NCBI GenBank assembly: GCA_016715205.1
Contig: JADKBC010000017.1
Location: 19,911-83,910, forward strand
Direction: 5' to 3'
Source: Holophaga sp.
Lineage (GTDB): Bacteria > Acidobacteriota > Holophagae > Holophagales > Holophagaceae
Length of the DNA: 64,000 bases
Each line of letters opens with the position of its first letter. The stretch's first letter is position 1. Of this stretch, positions 35,462-44,603 are shown piece after piece. Made by a program: the position numbers and the translations under genes. The notes below the pieces were generated by a model. The model did no database searches. It saw nothing but the letters and a program-made list of their open reading frames with translations, and was not told where the DNA came from.

Positions 35462-36256
35462 TCAAGGTTTTTCAGTGAATTGGCTACCATCATCTGGTTC
35501 AAAACCGACAATGATGACCGTTATATTATCTTCGCCTCCATTTGCTCGTGCCCTTTCAACCAAATCATGGGCGGCTCGCTGAAGGGAGGGTGCCTGTTGG
35601 ACAATCCCCCAGATGTCAGCGTCTTGAACCATTCCCGATAATCCATCAGAGCATAGCAATAGCCGCTCCAATTCCCGAACCTGTAATTCCTGAACAGCAA
35701 CATCTAGCTCACCGCCATTTCCCAATGCCTGGGTAATGACATTTCGGAAGGGGTGTTTCCGGGCTTCTTCGGGGGTGAGAATGCCGTTGGCGACCTGTTC
35801 TGCCACCCAAGAATGGTCCCGGGTCACCTGGCGCATCCCTTCCGAATCCAGCAAGTAGGCTCGGCTATCCCCCACATGGGCAAGCGTCACCCGAGAGCCA
35901 TGCACCAGGCAGGCCACCACAGTGGACCCCATGGACTCACGCTCTGGGTTGTTTCGAATGTCCTCTACGATGGCTTGATCCGAAAGCATCAAGGCCGCTT
36001 TCAGGCGATTTCCATCGTAGGGAATGGTGACATCGTATTCCAGCGGCCAGGTTCGATCCTGTTCAACCGTTTGGGCAATGAATTGCCCTATCTTCTCTAC
36101 CACGATCTGACTAGCCACCTCGCCGGCGGCGTGGCCACCTAATCCATCGGCCACAACGTATAGACCTAACTCGTTATCAACAAGGAGGTTGTCCTCATTG
36201 CCTTTTCTGACGCACCCAACATCCGTCTGCCCGGCGGCATGCACCCGCATGTTCAT
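35462..36256 (-). CDS. PP2C-family Ser/Thr protein phosphatase (second copy)
   Basis: GCVRKGNEDN, VADGLGGHAAGEVAS, HVGDSRAYL, LLCSDGL and GGEDNITV motifs. Confidence 0.9.
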   Translation of the reverse strand: MNMRVHAAGQTDVGCVRKGNEDNLLVDNELGLYVVADGLGGHAAGEVASQIVVEKIGQFIAQTVEQDRTWPLEYDVTIPYDGNRLKAALMLSDQAIVEDIRNNPERESMGSTVVACLVHGSRVTLAHVGDSRAYLLDSEGMRQVTRDHSWVAEQVANGILTPEEARKHPFRNVITQALGNGGELDVAVQELQVRELERLLLCSDGLSGMVQDADIWGIVQQAPSLQRAAHDLVERARANGGEDNITVIIVGFEPDDGSQFTEKP

Positions 36257-36957
36257 CCCTTTTTGAAAAGACGTCCGATCAAATCACGCAGTTGCCCCAG
36301 CATGCCCTCAGCCTGGGTGGCCTTGGAAGATGTCCCCTTGGCCGGGGATGCTACCACCTTCCGAAAGATTTTATGGTTTGGAGCCAATTGACGGGCTTCT
36401 TCCCGTATCCGATTAGCCTTGGCCTGCATGCCCAGCTCTTGAAAAGTGCTGGCGAGGTGGACCATCGATTCCACATCCTTGGGATTGATCCTGATGGCGT
36501 TTTCCAAGGCGCGCACCTTGGTGCGCTTATCGCCCCCTGCCAAATCCAGCAACTGTGCCATGAGCACCCAGGCCTCAGCCCGGTTGGGGTCGAGGCGAAT
36601 CGTGTAATGGATCAGCCCCAGGGCTCGGGAATAGTCCTTGGCCTGGAGGGCCTCCTTGGCCTCCTTGAACCAATCTTCCACAGAGCGCTCTGCAACCGGC
36701 TTCTGGCTTGCCGTCGCCGCAAGGACTCCTGCAGATTCGCCGCCTTTTGTAGCCCTGCTCTCCATCTCGAGTCGACGCGCCGGGTCTTTCAGCATGTTGA
36801 AAGCTTCGGCCAACTTCCTGAATCGGTTTTCAGCTTCGATCTTTTCTGCCCCCACAAACCGGTCCGGATGCCAAATCTTGGCAAGCCGATGGTAAGCCGC
36901 CTTGATTTCATCGGGTGTGGCCCCGGGGGCAATTTCAAGGGTGTCAAAAGGGTTCAT
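36253..36957 (-). CDS. J-domain (DnaJ-like) protein with TPR repeats
   Basis: NPFDTLEIAPGATPDEIKAAYHRLAKIWHPDR (HPD motif) followed by TPR-like helices. Its stop overlaps the PP2C start by 4 nt. An alternative TTG start is at 36978. Confidence 0.8.
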   Translation of the reverse strand: MNPFDTLEIAPGATPDEIKAAYHRLAKIWHPDRFVGAEKIEAENRFRKLAEAFNMLKDPARRLEMESRATKGGESAGVLAATASQKPVAERSVEDWFKEAKEALQAKDYSRALGLIHYTIRLDPNRAEAWVLMAQLLDLAGGDKRTKVRALENAIRINPKDVESMVHLASTFQELGMQAKANRIREEARQLAPNHKIFRKVVASPAKGTSSKATQAEGMLGQLRDLIGRLFKKG

Positions 36958-37141
36958 CAGGTTTCCAGGGTGCTGCAATGCCTTCTATAGGTTGGCTGGG
37001 AGATGCGGCTTGATACTGAGGATAGCCTAGTCCAGAGGTCGGAAAACCACCATGGGAACTCAAAGGCCATGGTGTCAAAATGCCGACCACTCAATTCCAT
37101 CCAGGAATACTGGCACACTCGATTCCCTGGAGGCCCCACGT

Positions 37142-38596
37142 ATGGGCGCGATGACGCTATCAGACTGGCAGGCAAAATTAGAGACAGGTGATCTCACTTC
37201 CGCCTCGCTCACCGAAGGTTGTTTCACACGGATGAACGCCCTGGAGCCCAGCCTTAACGCCATCCTTCATGTGAATCAGGCTCTCTCCCTGGCTGCCGCC
37301 GAAGCGGCGGATCTCCGTTTGCGCCGCGGCGATCGAGGGCCGTTACTGGGCATTCCCATCGTGGTCAAAGACAACATCAACGTCACCGGCATGAGCCTTA
37401 GCCAGGGATCCAAAATATCGGGGGACTTTAGGGCCACGTACCACGCCACGGTGATCCAACGACTCCTGGATGCGGGTGCTGTCCCCTTGGCCAAGGCCAA
37501 CATGGACGAATTCGCCATGGGCTCCAGTGGCGAGTACAGCGCCTTTGGTCCAACCCGTAACCCCTGGGATCTGGATCGGGTACCTGGCGGCAGCAGTTCG
37601 GGAGCCGTGGTGGCGGTTTCAGCCGGCTACGCACCCTTGGCCTTGGGCACAGATACCGGGGGCTCGGTTCGGCTGCCGGCGGGTTTTTGCGGCGTCAGTG
37701 CCTTGCGGCCAACCTACGGGGTGCTAAGCCGCTACGGGGTCACCGCCATGGCTTCTTCCCTGGATCAGGTGGGGCCGGTGGCGGTAAGCGCCAAAGACCT
37801 CGCCACGGGGCTCGCCCTCATGGCCGGACGGGATCCCCTCGATAGCACCAGCCTGGAACTGCCCCGTGCGGATCAGCTCACGGGGTTGCGCGCTGCGCCA
37901 CTCAAAGGCCTGCGAATTGGATTGCCGAAGGAATACTTCGGCGAAGGCCTTTCGGCCGGGGTCCGGGGTGTTCTTGAGACAGCTCTGGGTCGGCTGGCAT
38001 CCGAAGGTGCAGAGCTGGTGGAAGTTTCCCTGCCTCACACCCGTTTCGCCATCGATACCTACTACCTCATTAATACCTCCGAGGTATCCAGCAATTTGTC
38101 CCGTTTTGACGGCGTTCGCTACGGCGCCCGGAATACCAGCGAGGGCCTTCACAGCATGATTTCCAGCACCCGCGACGAAGGGTTTGGTCCCGAGGCCAAA
38201 CGTCGGATTTTGCTGGGAGCCTTCTGTCTTTCCAAGGGGTACTACGAGGCCTTTTACCTGAAGGCATTGAAGGTGCGCACCCTCATTGCCCAGGATTTCC
38301 AGAAGGCCTTTAAAAATGTGGACATCATCGCCACGCCCTTGAGCCCAACCACCGCATTCCCCATTGGCTCCAAGACCGCCAGCCCTTTGGAAATGTATTT
38401 GGCGGATGTCTTTACAGTAACCATGGCCCTGGCAGCCCTTCCCGCACTGGCCGTGCCAGCAGGATTTTCGGATTCGTTACCGGTGGGCCTGCAGTTGGTT
38501 GGGCCTTCCCTCTCGGATGTCCGATTGCTGGAAGTTGGTGCGGCCTTCCAGGAATTGACAGACCACCACCTTAGACAACCCCCACTGGATATTTAG
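37142..38596 (+). CDS. gatA: Glu-tRNA(Gln)/Asp-tRNA(Asn) amidotransferase subunit A
   Basis: Amidase signature GGSSSGAVVAV...GTDTGGSVRLPA and a GatA-like N-terminus and length. The start is 37142 or 37151. Confidence 0.9.
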   Translation: MGAMTLSDWQAKLETGDLTSASLTEGCFTRMNALEPSLNAILHVNQALSLAAAEAADLRLRRGDRGPLLGIPIVVKDNINVTGMSLSQGSKISGDFRATYHATVIQRLLDAGAVPLAKANMDEFAMGSSGEYSAFGPTRNPWDLDRVPGGSSSGAVVAVSAGYAPLALGTDTGGSVRLPAGFCGVSALRPTYGVLSRYGVTAMASSLDQVGPVAVSAKDLATGLALMAGRDPLDSTSLELPRADQLTGLRAAPLKGLRIGLPKEYFGEGLSAGVRGVLETALGRLASEGAELVEVSLPHTRFAIDTYYLINTSEVSSNLSRFDGVRYGARNTSEGLHSMISSTRDEGFGPEAKRRILLGAFCLSKGYYEAFYLKALKVRTLIAQDFQKAFKNVDIIATPLSPTTAFPIGSKTASPLEMYLADVFTVTMALAALPALAVPAGFSDSLPVGLQLVGPSLSDVRLLEVGAAFQELTDHHLRQPPLDI

Positions 38597-38604
38597 GAGG
38601 CACC

Positions 38605-39927
38605 ATGGCTTTCGATGTTGTCATGCCGCAGATGGGCGAATCCATCGCCGAGGCCACCATTCTCAAATGGCACCGCAAGGTTGGTGAAACCATCGGCAAG
38701 GATGAAACCCTGTACGAGATATCCACGGACAAGGTGGATGCTGAAATTCCTTCCCCCATCGGTGGCACGCTCATCGAGATCCTTGTTCCTGAAAACCAGA
38801 CCGTGCCCGTGGGCTCGGTGGTGGCCCGGCTTGGGGATGCCACAGAAAAACCGGCTTCTCCCAGCCCGGCACCCATCGCCAGCCCCGCCGCGGCAGCCCC
38901 TGCCGCGGTTCCGGCCTCCCCCGCCGCAAGCCCTGTTGGTGATGACAATTCCCTGGCCGCTCGGCTCGCCACCAAATCCAGCCCCCTGGTCAGAACCATG
39001 GCCCAGGCCCATGGCATCGATCTGAGCACCCTCCAGGGGTCGGGGATCCAGGGACGTGTCACCAAAGAAGACATGGAAGCGCACCTCGCCCAGCGCCACG
39101 CCCTGGCCCCCACCAAGCCTTCCCTTCCTCCGGTTCATGACCCTTCCGCCCCCACCCTCGGGCTGGTGCCTGCCCTCGCGACCCCGGTGGCCGCCCATGT
39201 TCCCGCCTTTGGTGCGGGTGAGCGGGTGAAGGTGGAACCCATGTCTCGGATGCGTAAGATCATCAGCGACAACATGCTGGCTTCCAAGCGCACCAGTGCC
39301 CACGTCTACACGGTGTTTGAGATTGATATGACCGCCGTGGCCAAACTGCGGGAGCGCCACAAGAAGACCTTCCTGGAAGCCTACGGCACCAAACTTAGTT
39401 TCCTACCCTTTGTGATGGCAGCGGTGGCCAAGGGTCTGAGGGCCTTCCCCGTCATCAACGCCTCTGTGGACGGCGATGCCATAGCCTACAAGCAGGATAT
39501 CAACCTGGGCGTAGCGGTAAGCCTGGATTGGGGCTTGATCGTGCCGGTGATCAAGAATGCCGATCAATTGAACCTGGGCGGCCTCGCCCGGAGCCTCAAC
39601 GATCTGGCCGAGCGGGCCCGGGCCAAACAGCTCAAACCCGATGAAATCTCCGGTGGCACCTTCACCATCACCAACCCCGGTGTCTATGGAGATGTCTTTG
39701 GCCTGCCCATCATCAATCAGCCCCAGGTCGCCATTCAGGGCGTGGGTGCCATCGTGAAGCGCCCTGTGGTGATCACGGCTGCAGATGGCACCGATTCCAT
39801 CGCCATCCGGCAGATGATGTTCTCCAGTCTTTCCTTCGACCACCGCATTATCGATGGCGCCACAGCTGACCAGTTCATGGCCCTGGTGAAAAAGGAACTG
39901 GAAACCTCCGCCTTTGGTTTGGAATAG
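38605..39927 (+). CDS. 2-oxoacid dehydrogenase E2 (dihydrolipoamide acyltransferase)
   Basis: Lipoyl domain (EISTDKVDAEIPSP), Ala/Pro linker, E3-binding domain (SPLVRTMAQAHGIDLSTLQGSG) and catalytic SLSFDHRIIDG. Confidence 0.92.
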   Translation: MAFDVVMPQMGESIAEATILKWHRKVGETIGKDETLYEISTDKVDAEIPSPIGGTLIEILVPENQTVPVGSVVARLGDATEKPASPSPAPIASPAAAAPAAVPASPAASPVGDDNSLAARLATKSSPLVRTMAQAHGIDLSTLQGSGIQGRVTKEDMEAHLAQRHALAPTKPSLPPVHDPSAPTLGLVPALATPVAAHVPAFGAGERVKVEPMSRMRKIISDNMLASKRTSAHVYTVFEIDMTAVAKLRERHKKTFLEAYGTKLSFLPFVMAAVAKGLRAFPVINASVDGDAIAYKQDINLGVAVSLDWGLIVPVIKNADQLNLGGLARSLNDLAERARAKQLKPDEISGGTFTITNPGVYGDVFGLPIINQPQVAIQGVGAIVKRPVVITAADGTDSIAIRQMMFSSLSFDHRIIDGATADQFMALVKKELETSAFGLE

Positions 39928-39940
39928 CAGATCCACCTCA

Positions 39941-39970
39941 AAACGAATCGCCCTTCGGGGCGTTTCGTTT
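39941..39970 (+). terminator. Intrinsic terminator after E2
   Basis: Hairpin aaacgaatcgccc-ttcg-gggcgtttcgttt (12 of 13 pairs, GC-rich top) with a T-rich 3' arm. Confidence 0.6.
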
Positions 39971-40002
39971 GTACGGCCCCTTGCGTTATGCTATTCATCC
40001 GC

Positions 40003-40088
40003 GCCGGTGTGGCGAAATGGCAGACGCGGCAGACTCAAAATCTGTTTCCCGCAAGGGAGTGTTGGTTCGACCCCGACCACCGGCACCA
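40003..40088 (+). tRNA. tRNA-Leu (anticodon CAA), CCA encoded
   Basis: Acceptor stem GCCGGTG/CACCGGC, anticodon loop CTCAAAA, long variable arm (TTCCCGCAAGGGAGT), T arm GTTGG-TTCGACC-CCGAC, discriminator A and CCA. Confidence 0.9.
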
Positions 40089-40101
40089 CAAGGCTTAACA
40101 A

Positions 40102-40132
40102 GAACGGTCACCTCAACAGGTGACCGTTTTTC
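40102..40132 (+). terminator. Intrinsic terminator after tRNA-Leu
   Basis: A 10-bp stem aacggtcacc/ggtgaccgtt with loop tcaaca, followed by TTTTTCGTT. Confidence 0.65.
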
Positions 40133-40170
40133 GTTATGGCGCTGTTTTTCAATGGCTGCAACCAACAACC

Positions 40171-40878
40171 TCAGCCTTCCAGCCCCGCCACGGTTTCCCG
40201 AAGATCGCGGATCATGCTGCGGAAACCAGGATCCAGACTGGGTTCATCCTGCACCAGGGCACCAAAAATCCTGGCCATGGAGCGGTAGTACCAAAGGGTG
40301 CCTTCCCGGTCCCCACGAAACCGCTGGAACACGGAGGGGCCGTGGTCTCGCAGATCGCGGGCAATGGCGGATGCGTTGTGCAGTTTGTCCGCACAGGCCA
40401 CCCGCAGCACGCTGAGGGGCGCTTCGACCATGTGCTCCAGGTAGTCCTGTTTCCGGTGCAGCCAGGGTGCCTTCTCAAGTCCCGAATCGTCATCGGTGCA
40501 GCCGTCGACGATGGCCGCAACCTCCTCGCCGAATCGCTGACGAATCTCCACCAGCACCGGTGCGCCCCCGCCATCCTCCACGGCATCGTGCAGCAGGGCC
40601 GCCATCATTTCCGCTTCAGTGCCGCCGCTCTCGCCCACCAGAGAAGCCACAGCCAGAAGGTGGGTGACAAAGGGGATGGTGGTGCCTTTCCGCGTCTGGC
40701 CCCCATGTTTTTCGATGGCAAATTGAAGGGCTTCGGCCAGTTTGGGGCTGGGCTCGAACGCCGCGCGGGGTTGTTCAGCGATCGTCCCCTTGGCGGGAAA
40801 CACCGAGCCGCAGGCGCCAAGGGCGGCCTCGAGAGCCTGGTACATCGCAGCGCGGGGGGATTCTTGGGGTTCAGTCAT
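40171..40878 (-). CDS. HD-domain protein (RelA/SpoT-hydrolase-like, HD_4 type)
   Basis: FAIEKHGGQTRKGTTIPFVTHLLAVA...ALLHDAVEDGG. It has no synthetase domain. Confidence 0.8.
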   Translation of the reverse strand: MTEPQESPRAAMYQALEAALGACGSVFPAKGTIAEQPRAAFEPSPKLAEALQFAIEKHGGQTRKGTTIPFVTHLLAVASLVGESGGTEAEMMAALLHDAVEDGGGAPVLVEIRQRFGEEVAAIVDGCTDDDSGLEKAPWLHRKQDYLEHMVEAPLSVLRVACADKLHNASAIARDLRDHGPSVFQRFRGDREGTLWYYRSMARIFGALVQDEPSLDPGFRSMIRDLRETVAGLEG

Positions 40879-41031
40879 AGACCTCTCTGGGCAAAGCAGA
40901 CCCTACGAGGATACCCAACAATCAAACCTGACCCGGAAAACGTGCCGAAAGGCACCTTGCCATTCGCGCCTCCTGCCCTATGTTCCAGGCATCCGCCTTC
41001 CAAACGATTTTTTCGATATGCCGGAGGCACC

Positions 41032-41721
41032 ATGGCCAGGACGTTCGACTCCCTGATCCCTAGCATCGAGCAGCGCGAATCCGCTTGGCTCCAGGTGAAA
41101 GAACGCCTGGGCCGCAACCCGCGGAAGCTGGCCCGGCCTTCCATCACCATTTCCCGGGAATACGGGTGCGAAGGTTATCCACTGGCAGAAGCCCTCAAGG
41201 AAAAGCTGGAAGCAGCTACGGGCGAACCCTGGAACATCTACGACAAGGCCCTGGTGGACAAGGTCGCCGCCGATGATCGATTGTCGGCAGAACTACTGAA
41301 TCATCTGGGAGATGAAAGTCGGGCCGTGGATGTGCTGAAAACGCATTTTGGCTACCTCACGCACGATGAGGCCTACGCCACGTTGGTGAAGCATCTGGTG
41401 CAGATCGCGAGCGCTGGGAATGCGATTCTGGTGGGCCGGGGTGGTGCGGTGGTCTGCCAGGATATGGCTAATTGCCACCACTTTCGCCTGGAAGCCAGCT
41501 TTGCCTTCCGCGCAGCAACCCTCTCGAAAAGGCTCGAAATTTCCATCCCCGAGGCGGAAGCCATCGTCCGGGCGCAATCCAAACTGCGGGAAAAATTCAT
41601 CAGCGAATGCCTCCACCAGGACATCACCTCGCCCCGCTGGTACGACGCCGTTTTCAACAACGAACGGCAAAGCATTGAAGCCATCGCCCGGGCCGCCTTC
41701 GAACTGATTCCCCTCACCTGA
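41032..41721 (+). CDS. Cytidylate-kinase-like family protein
   Basis: ITISREYGCEGYPLAEALKEKL matches the PF13189-type N-terminus. GGAGG lies 4 nt upstream of ATG 41032. The upstream part of the 533-aa track ORF is antisense to the HD gene. Confidence 0.65.
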   Translation: MARTFDSLIPSIEQRESAWLQVKERLGRNPRKLARPSITISREYGCEGYPLAEALKEKLEAATGEPWNIYDKALVDKVAADDRLSAELLNHLGDESRAVDVLKTHFGYLTHDEAYATLVKHLVQIASAGNAILVGRGGAVVCQDMANCHHFRLEASFAFRAATLSKRLEISIPEAEAIVRAQSKLREKFISECLHQDITSPRWYDAVFNNERQSIEAIARAAFELIPLT

Positions 41722-43429
41722 CTCCGGTCAGGGGAATCCGGCGGCCGCGGCCAAAGGCCCTGGGGCTCACCTTCAGTGCAAAGGGCAACTGTCGTCGCTT
41801 GAATTCACTGCCCTGAAGCAGCCGCATCACCCGGGGAATTGCCGCCCGAGCCAGCACCAGATCCTCCCCTTCCAACACCTCGGCCAGATCATCCGCAAGT
41901 GCTTCCAAGGGGCGCCTAGTTTCAATGAAGGCCGCCAGGATCGCGTCGAGAATTGGATAGGGCAGCAGGCTGGCCTCATCGGTCTGACCCGGGGCGAGTT
42001 CGGCGGTGGGCTTGCGCTTCAGCACGCCCTCGGGCACTTGGTCGCCCAGCTCCCGAGCCAGGGCAAAAACCCGCTGTTTCAAGCAATCCCCCAGGATGCC
42101 CAGGGCACCAATGCCATCACCGTACAGGGTGAAATAACCCGTGGCAGCCTCGCTCTTGTTGCCGGTGTTGAGCACCGCCACCCGGGCGGTGCCCAGCATT
42201 CGGTGCACATCTGGTTCAGTCGTAAGGGCCATCAGCAGGGTACCCCGGGCCCGGCTTTGCAAGTTTTCATCGGTCAGGCCGAAGGTGCGGTTTGGAAACA
42301 CGCTTTGCAGGGCAGCCTCAGCCCCGGCAAAGGGCGTATCTGCGCTCAGGCAGAGGTAATGAATTCCAAGCTGATCCGCCTGTTCCTTGGCCAAATCCAG
42401 GCTCTCCTGGCTGGTGTAGCGCGTGGGCAGCGCCACCCCCAACACCCGCTCCCGGCCCAGGTTGGCAGCGGCCATGGCCACCACAACGGCGCTGTCGATG
42501 CCACCGGACAGCCCCACCACCACGCCTTCCAAGCCCTGTTTTGCAAGGTTTTCCCGCAGTCCCAGGCCCAAGGCCTCCCGGAGCCATCGAGCTTCGGTGG
42601 GATCTGCCTCCCAGTTCAGGCCCCTGCCTTTGGAATCGATCACCTGCACCGATTCACGGAAATGGGGCACACCTTGCCAGGATCCATCGGGGTACACCAC
42701 ACCCGAGCCACCATCAAATGTGAGCCAGCTTTCACTGCCAACACGCGAGGCATACGCAATGGGCACACCGTGGCGTCGCGCGTGCCCCTGCAAGAGCCGT
42801 CGCCGGAGTTCCAACTTCCCCGGAATGGCCCAGGAAGGGGTTCGCCCCGCCGGAAGCCAGGTCCCAAGATGGCCTGGGCTGGCGCTGGCGTTGAGGATCA
42901 AGGTCGCCCCCTGCGCGGCCAGATCCTGAATGGGGTCAAAGGCATAGCGGATGGGGCCAGGGGCCAGGATGGGATCGGCCCAGAGGTCCTCGCATACGGA
43001 TAACCCTACCCGTTCCCCCTTGAAACTCACCAGGGGCGTGATCTCCTGGCCGGGATCGAAGTAGCGCGTTTCGTCGAAAATGTCGTAGGTGGCCAGCACC
43101 CGTTTGCGGGCCACGCACTTCAGGCTGCCCTGTTCGCACCACCAGAGTTCGTTCCAAAGACGGCCCGAAGGGCTGGGACTGCAGGTGCCCAGGACCAGTG
43201 GCACTGCTCCGGCAATCCCCCGCAGCCGGTCATTTTCGGCAGCGGTGCGGCGCCTTAAACCAGCCTCCCAGAGGCGATCTTCTGGCAGGTAGCCGGGCAC
43301 GGCCATTTCGGGTGTGAGCACCAGTTCAGCGCCCTGGGCCACCGCCTGGATATATGCCGCCTCGATGGCGCGGCCATTGGCCTCGGGGTCCGCGAGGCTG
43401 GCGTTGAGCTGAAGGATTCCGATGCGCAT
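41714..43429 (-). CDS. nadE: Glutamine-dependent NAD+ synthetase
   Basis: N-terminal CN-hydrolase domain and C-terminal NAD synthetase domain with the SGGIDSAV P-loop. Confidence 0.9.
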   Translation of the reverse strand: MRIGILQLNASLADPEANGRAIEAAYIQAVAQGAELVLTPEMAVPGYLPEDRLWEAGLRRRTAAENDRLRGIAGAVPLVLGTCSPSPSGRLWNELWWCEQGSLKCVARKRVLATYDIFDETRYFDPGQEITPLVSFKGERVGLSVCEDLWADPILAPGPIRYAFDPIQDLAAQGATLILNASASPGHLGTWLPAGRTPSWAIPGKLELRRRLLQGHARRHGVPIAYASRVGSESWLTFDGGSGVVYPDGSWQGVPHFRESVQVIDSKGRGLNWEADPTEARWLREALGLGLRENLAKQGLEGVVVGLSGGIDSAVVVAMAAANLGRERVLGVALPTRYTSQESLDLAKEQADQLGIHYLCLSADTPFAGAEAALQSVFPNRTFGLTDENLQSRARGTLLMALTTEPDVHRMLGTARVAVLNTGNKSEAATGYFTLYGDGIGALGILGDCLKQRVFALARELGDQVPEGVLKRKPTAELAPGQTDEASLLPYPILDAILAAFIETRRPLEALADDLAEVLEGEDLVLARAAIPRVMRLLQGSEFKRRQLPFALKVSPRAFGRGRRIPLTGVR

Positions 43430-43437
43430 GACAACCC

Positions 43438-44580
43438 TTACCAGATGATGAATACCCTTGTTCCGCCTTCGGCCCTGGACTCGAAACGCAGGTCGGCACC
43501 TTGGGCATTAAGCCATTTCAGGGCCAGGGGCAGGCCCAAACCGGTGCCTTCAGGACGACCGCTCTCGAAGGGGCGCAGCATTCGGATGAGGGTTTCTTCT
43601 CCAAAGCCCGTGCCTTCGTCGTCTATTTGCAGAAAACCTTCCTGGATTTCCACCGCCACCTTTCCGCCGCTAGGCATGGCCTGGCAGGCGTTTTCCAACA
43701 GGTTCACCAGGGCCTGATGCAAAAGCATGGGGTCCGCCTGGGCACTACCCTCGCCAATCACCTGGAAAGCCGTTGACCGAGAAACGGGTCGCTTTCGCAC
43801 CTCTTCAACGGCCTGCACCACGGCCTCACGAAGGTCCTGGTCCACCCGGTGGGGCTCAAGAGGTTTGGCCCATTGCAGAAAGCGCTGGGCCAGCCGTTCC
43901 AGGCTTTCGGTTTCCTCCAGCAATTCCCGGGCAACCTCCCCATGCCCAGCCCGGGTGAGCAACTGCCCATGGCCCTTGAGCACCGCCAAGCCGTTCTTGA
44001 GTTGATGGGCCACGCCGGCGGTCATTTCACCCAATTCAGCGAACCGGTCACGCAACGCGCGGCGCCGTTCTTCAGCCTCCCGCTCCGTGATGTCCTCGAA
44101 TTGCAGCAGTGCACCCACCTTATCGGGCGCCTCTACTCGGCTCAGTTCCCAGCGTCGCCCACCGCCATCGCAGCGCCAGGATTCCCCAGGCACCTTGGCC
44201 AAACCGTCCAGCATCCAGGGGAAGGGTTCCAGCACGAAGGTGGCTTCCAATCCCACCACGCCCCGCTTGACGCCCAGCAGTTCGAGGCCACGGGCATTCA
44301 GCGCCGCTACCTGATGACGCTGGTCCACCCACAACAATCCGAAGGGCAGCGCATCCAGGATACGTTCATGAACCGTGCGCAGCTCTCCCAGGGTGGCGGC
44401 GAGCTGACCGCGTTCCCGCAGGCTGGCTGATACCGCGCCCAGAATCACCTGCTCCGGATCCTGGGGCACCCGTCGTTTGAGGCGCACGAGACGCACCGCA
44501 AACATGAGGATCCCCAGGAGCCCGAAGCTCACGGGAATGCCCCAGATCAGCCAGGACGATGCGGCAAAGGTTGCTTTCAC
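43438..44580 (-). CDS. Sensor histidine kinase (TM, PAS-like, HisKA, HATPase_c)
   Basis: H-box GVAHQLKNGL, N-box LLENACQA and G-boxes IDDEGTGF / GTGLGL. No cognate regulator is adjacent. Confidence 0.85.
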   Translation of the reverse strand: MKATFAASSWLIWGIPVSFGLLGILMFAVRLVRLKRRVPQDPEQVILGAVSASLRERGQLAATLGELRTVHERILDALPFGLLWVDQRHQVAALNARGLELLGVKRGVVGLEATFVLEPFPWMLDGLAKVPGESWRCDGGGRRWELSRVEAPDKVGALLQFEDITEREAEERRRALRDRFAELGEMTAGVAHQLKNGLAVLKGHGQLLTRAGHGEVARELLEETESLERLAQRFLQWAKPLEPHRVDQDLREAVVQAVEEVRKRPVSRSTAFQVIGEGSAQADPMLLHQALVNLLENACQAMPSGGKVAVEIQEGFLQIDDEGTGFGEETLIRMLRPFESGRPEGTGLGLPLALKWLNAQGADLRFESRAEGGTRVFIIW

Positions 44581-44603
44581 CCTGCGATCTTACCGTGAGC
44601 CCA

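Noticed and set aside
37111-37127. TGGCACACTCGATTCC upstream of gatA as a sigma54 promoter
   Set aside because: The -12 element reads TTCC rather than TTGC, and the spacing is one base too long. It lies only ~15-25 nt from the gatA start codons.
39928-40170. tRNA-Leu locus as an integration site for a genomic island
   Set aside because: No integrase, no direct repeat of the tRNA 3' end and no compositional break were seen downstream. The tRNA is simply bracketed by two terminator hairpins.
40120-41031. N-terminal ~300 codons of the 533-aa plus-strand ORF 40120..41721
   Set aside because: This part is antisense to the well-supported HD-domain gene (40171-40878) and crosses the intergenic region. 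Only the portion from ATG 41032 (GGAGG upstream) resembles a known family (cytidylate-kinase-like).
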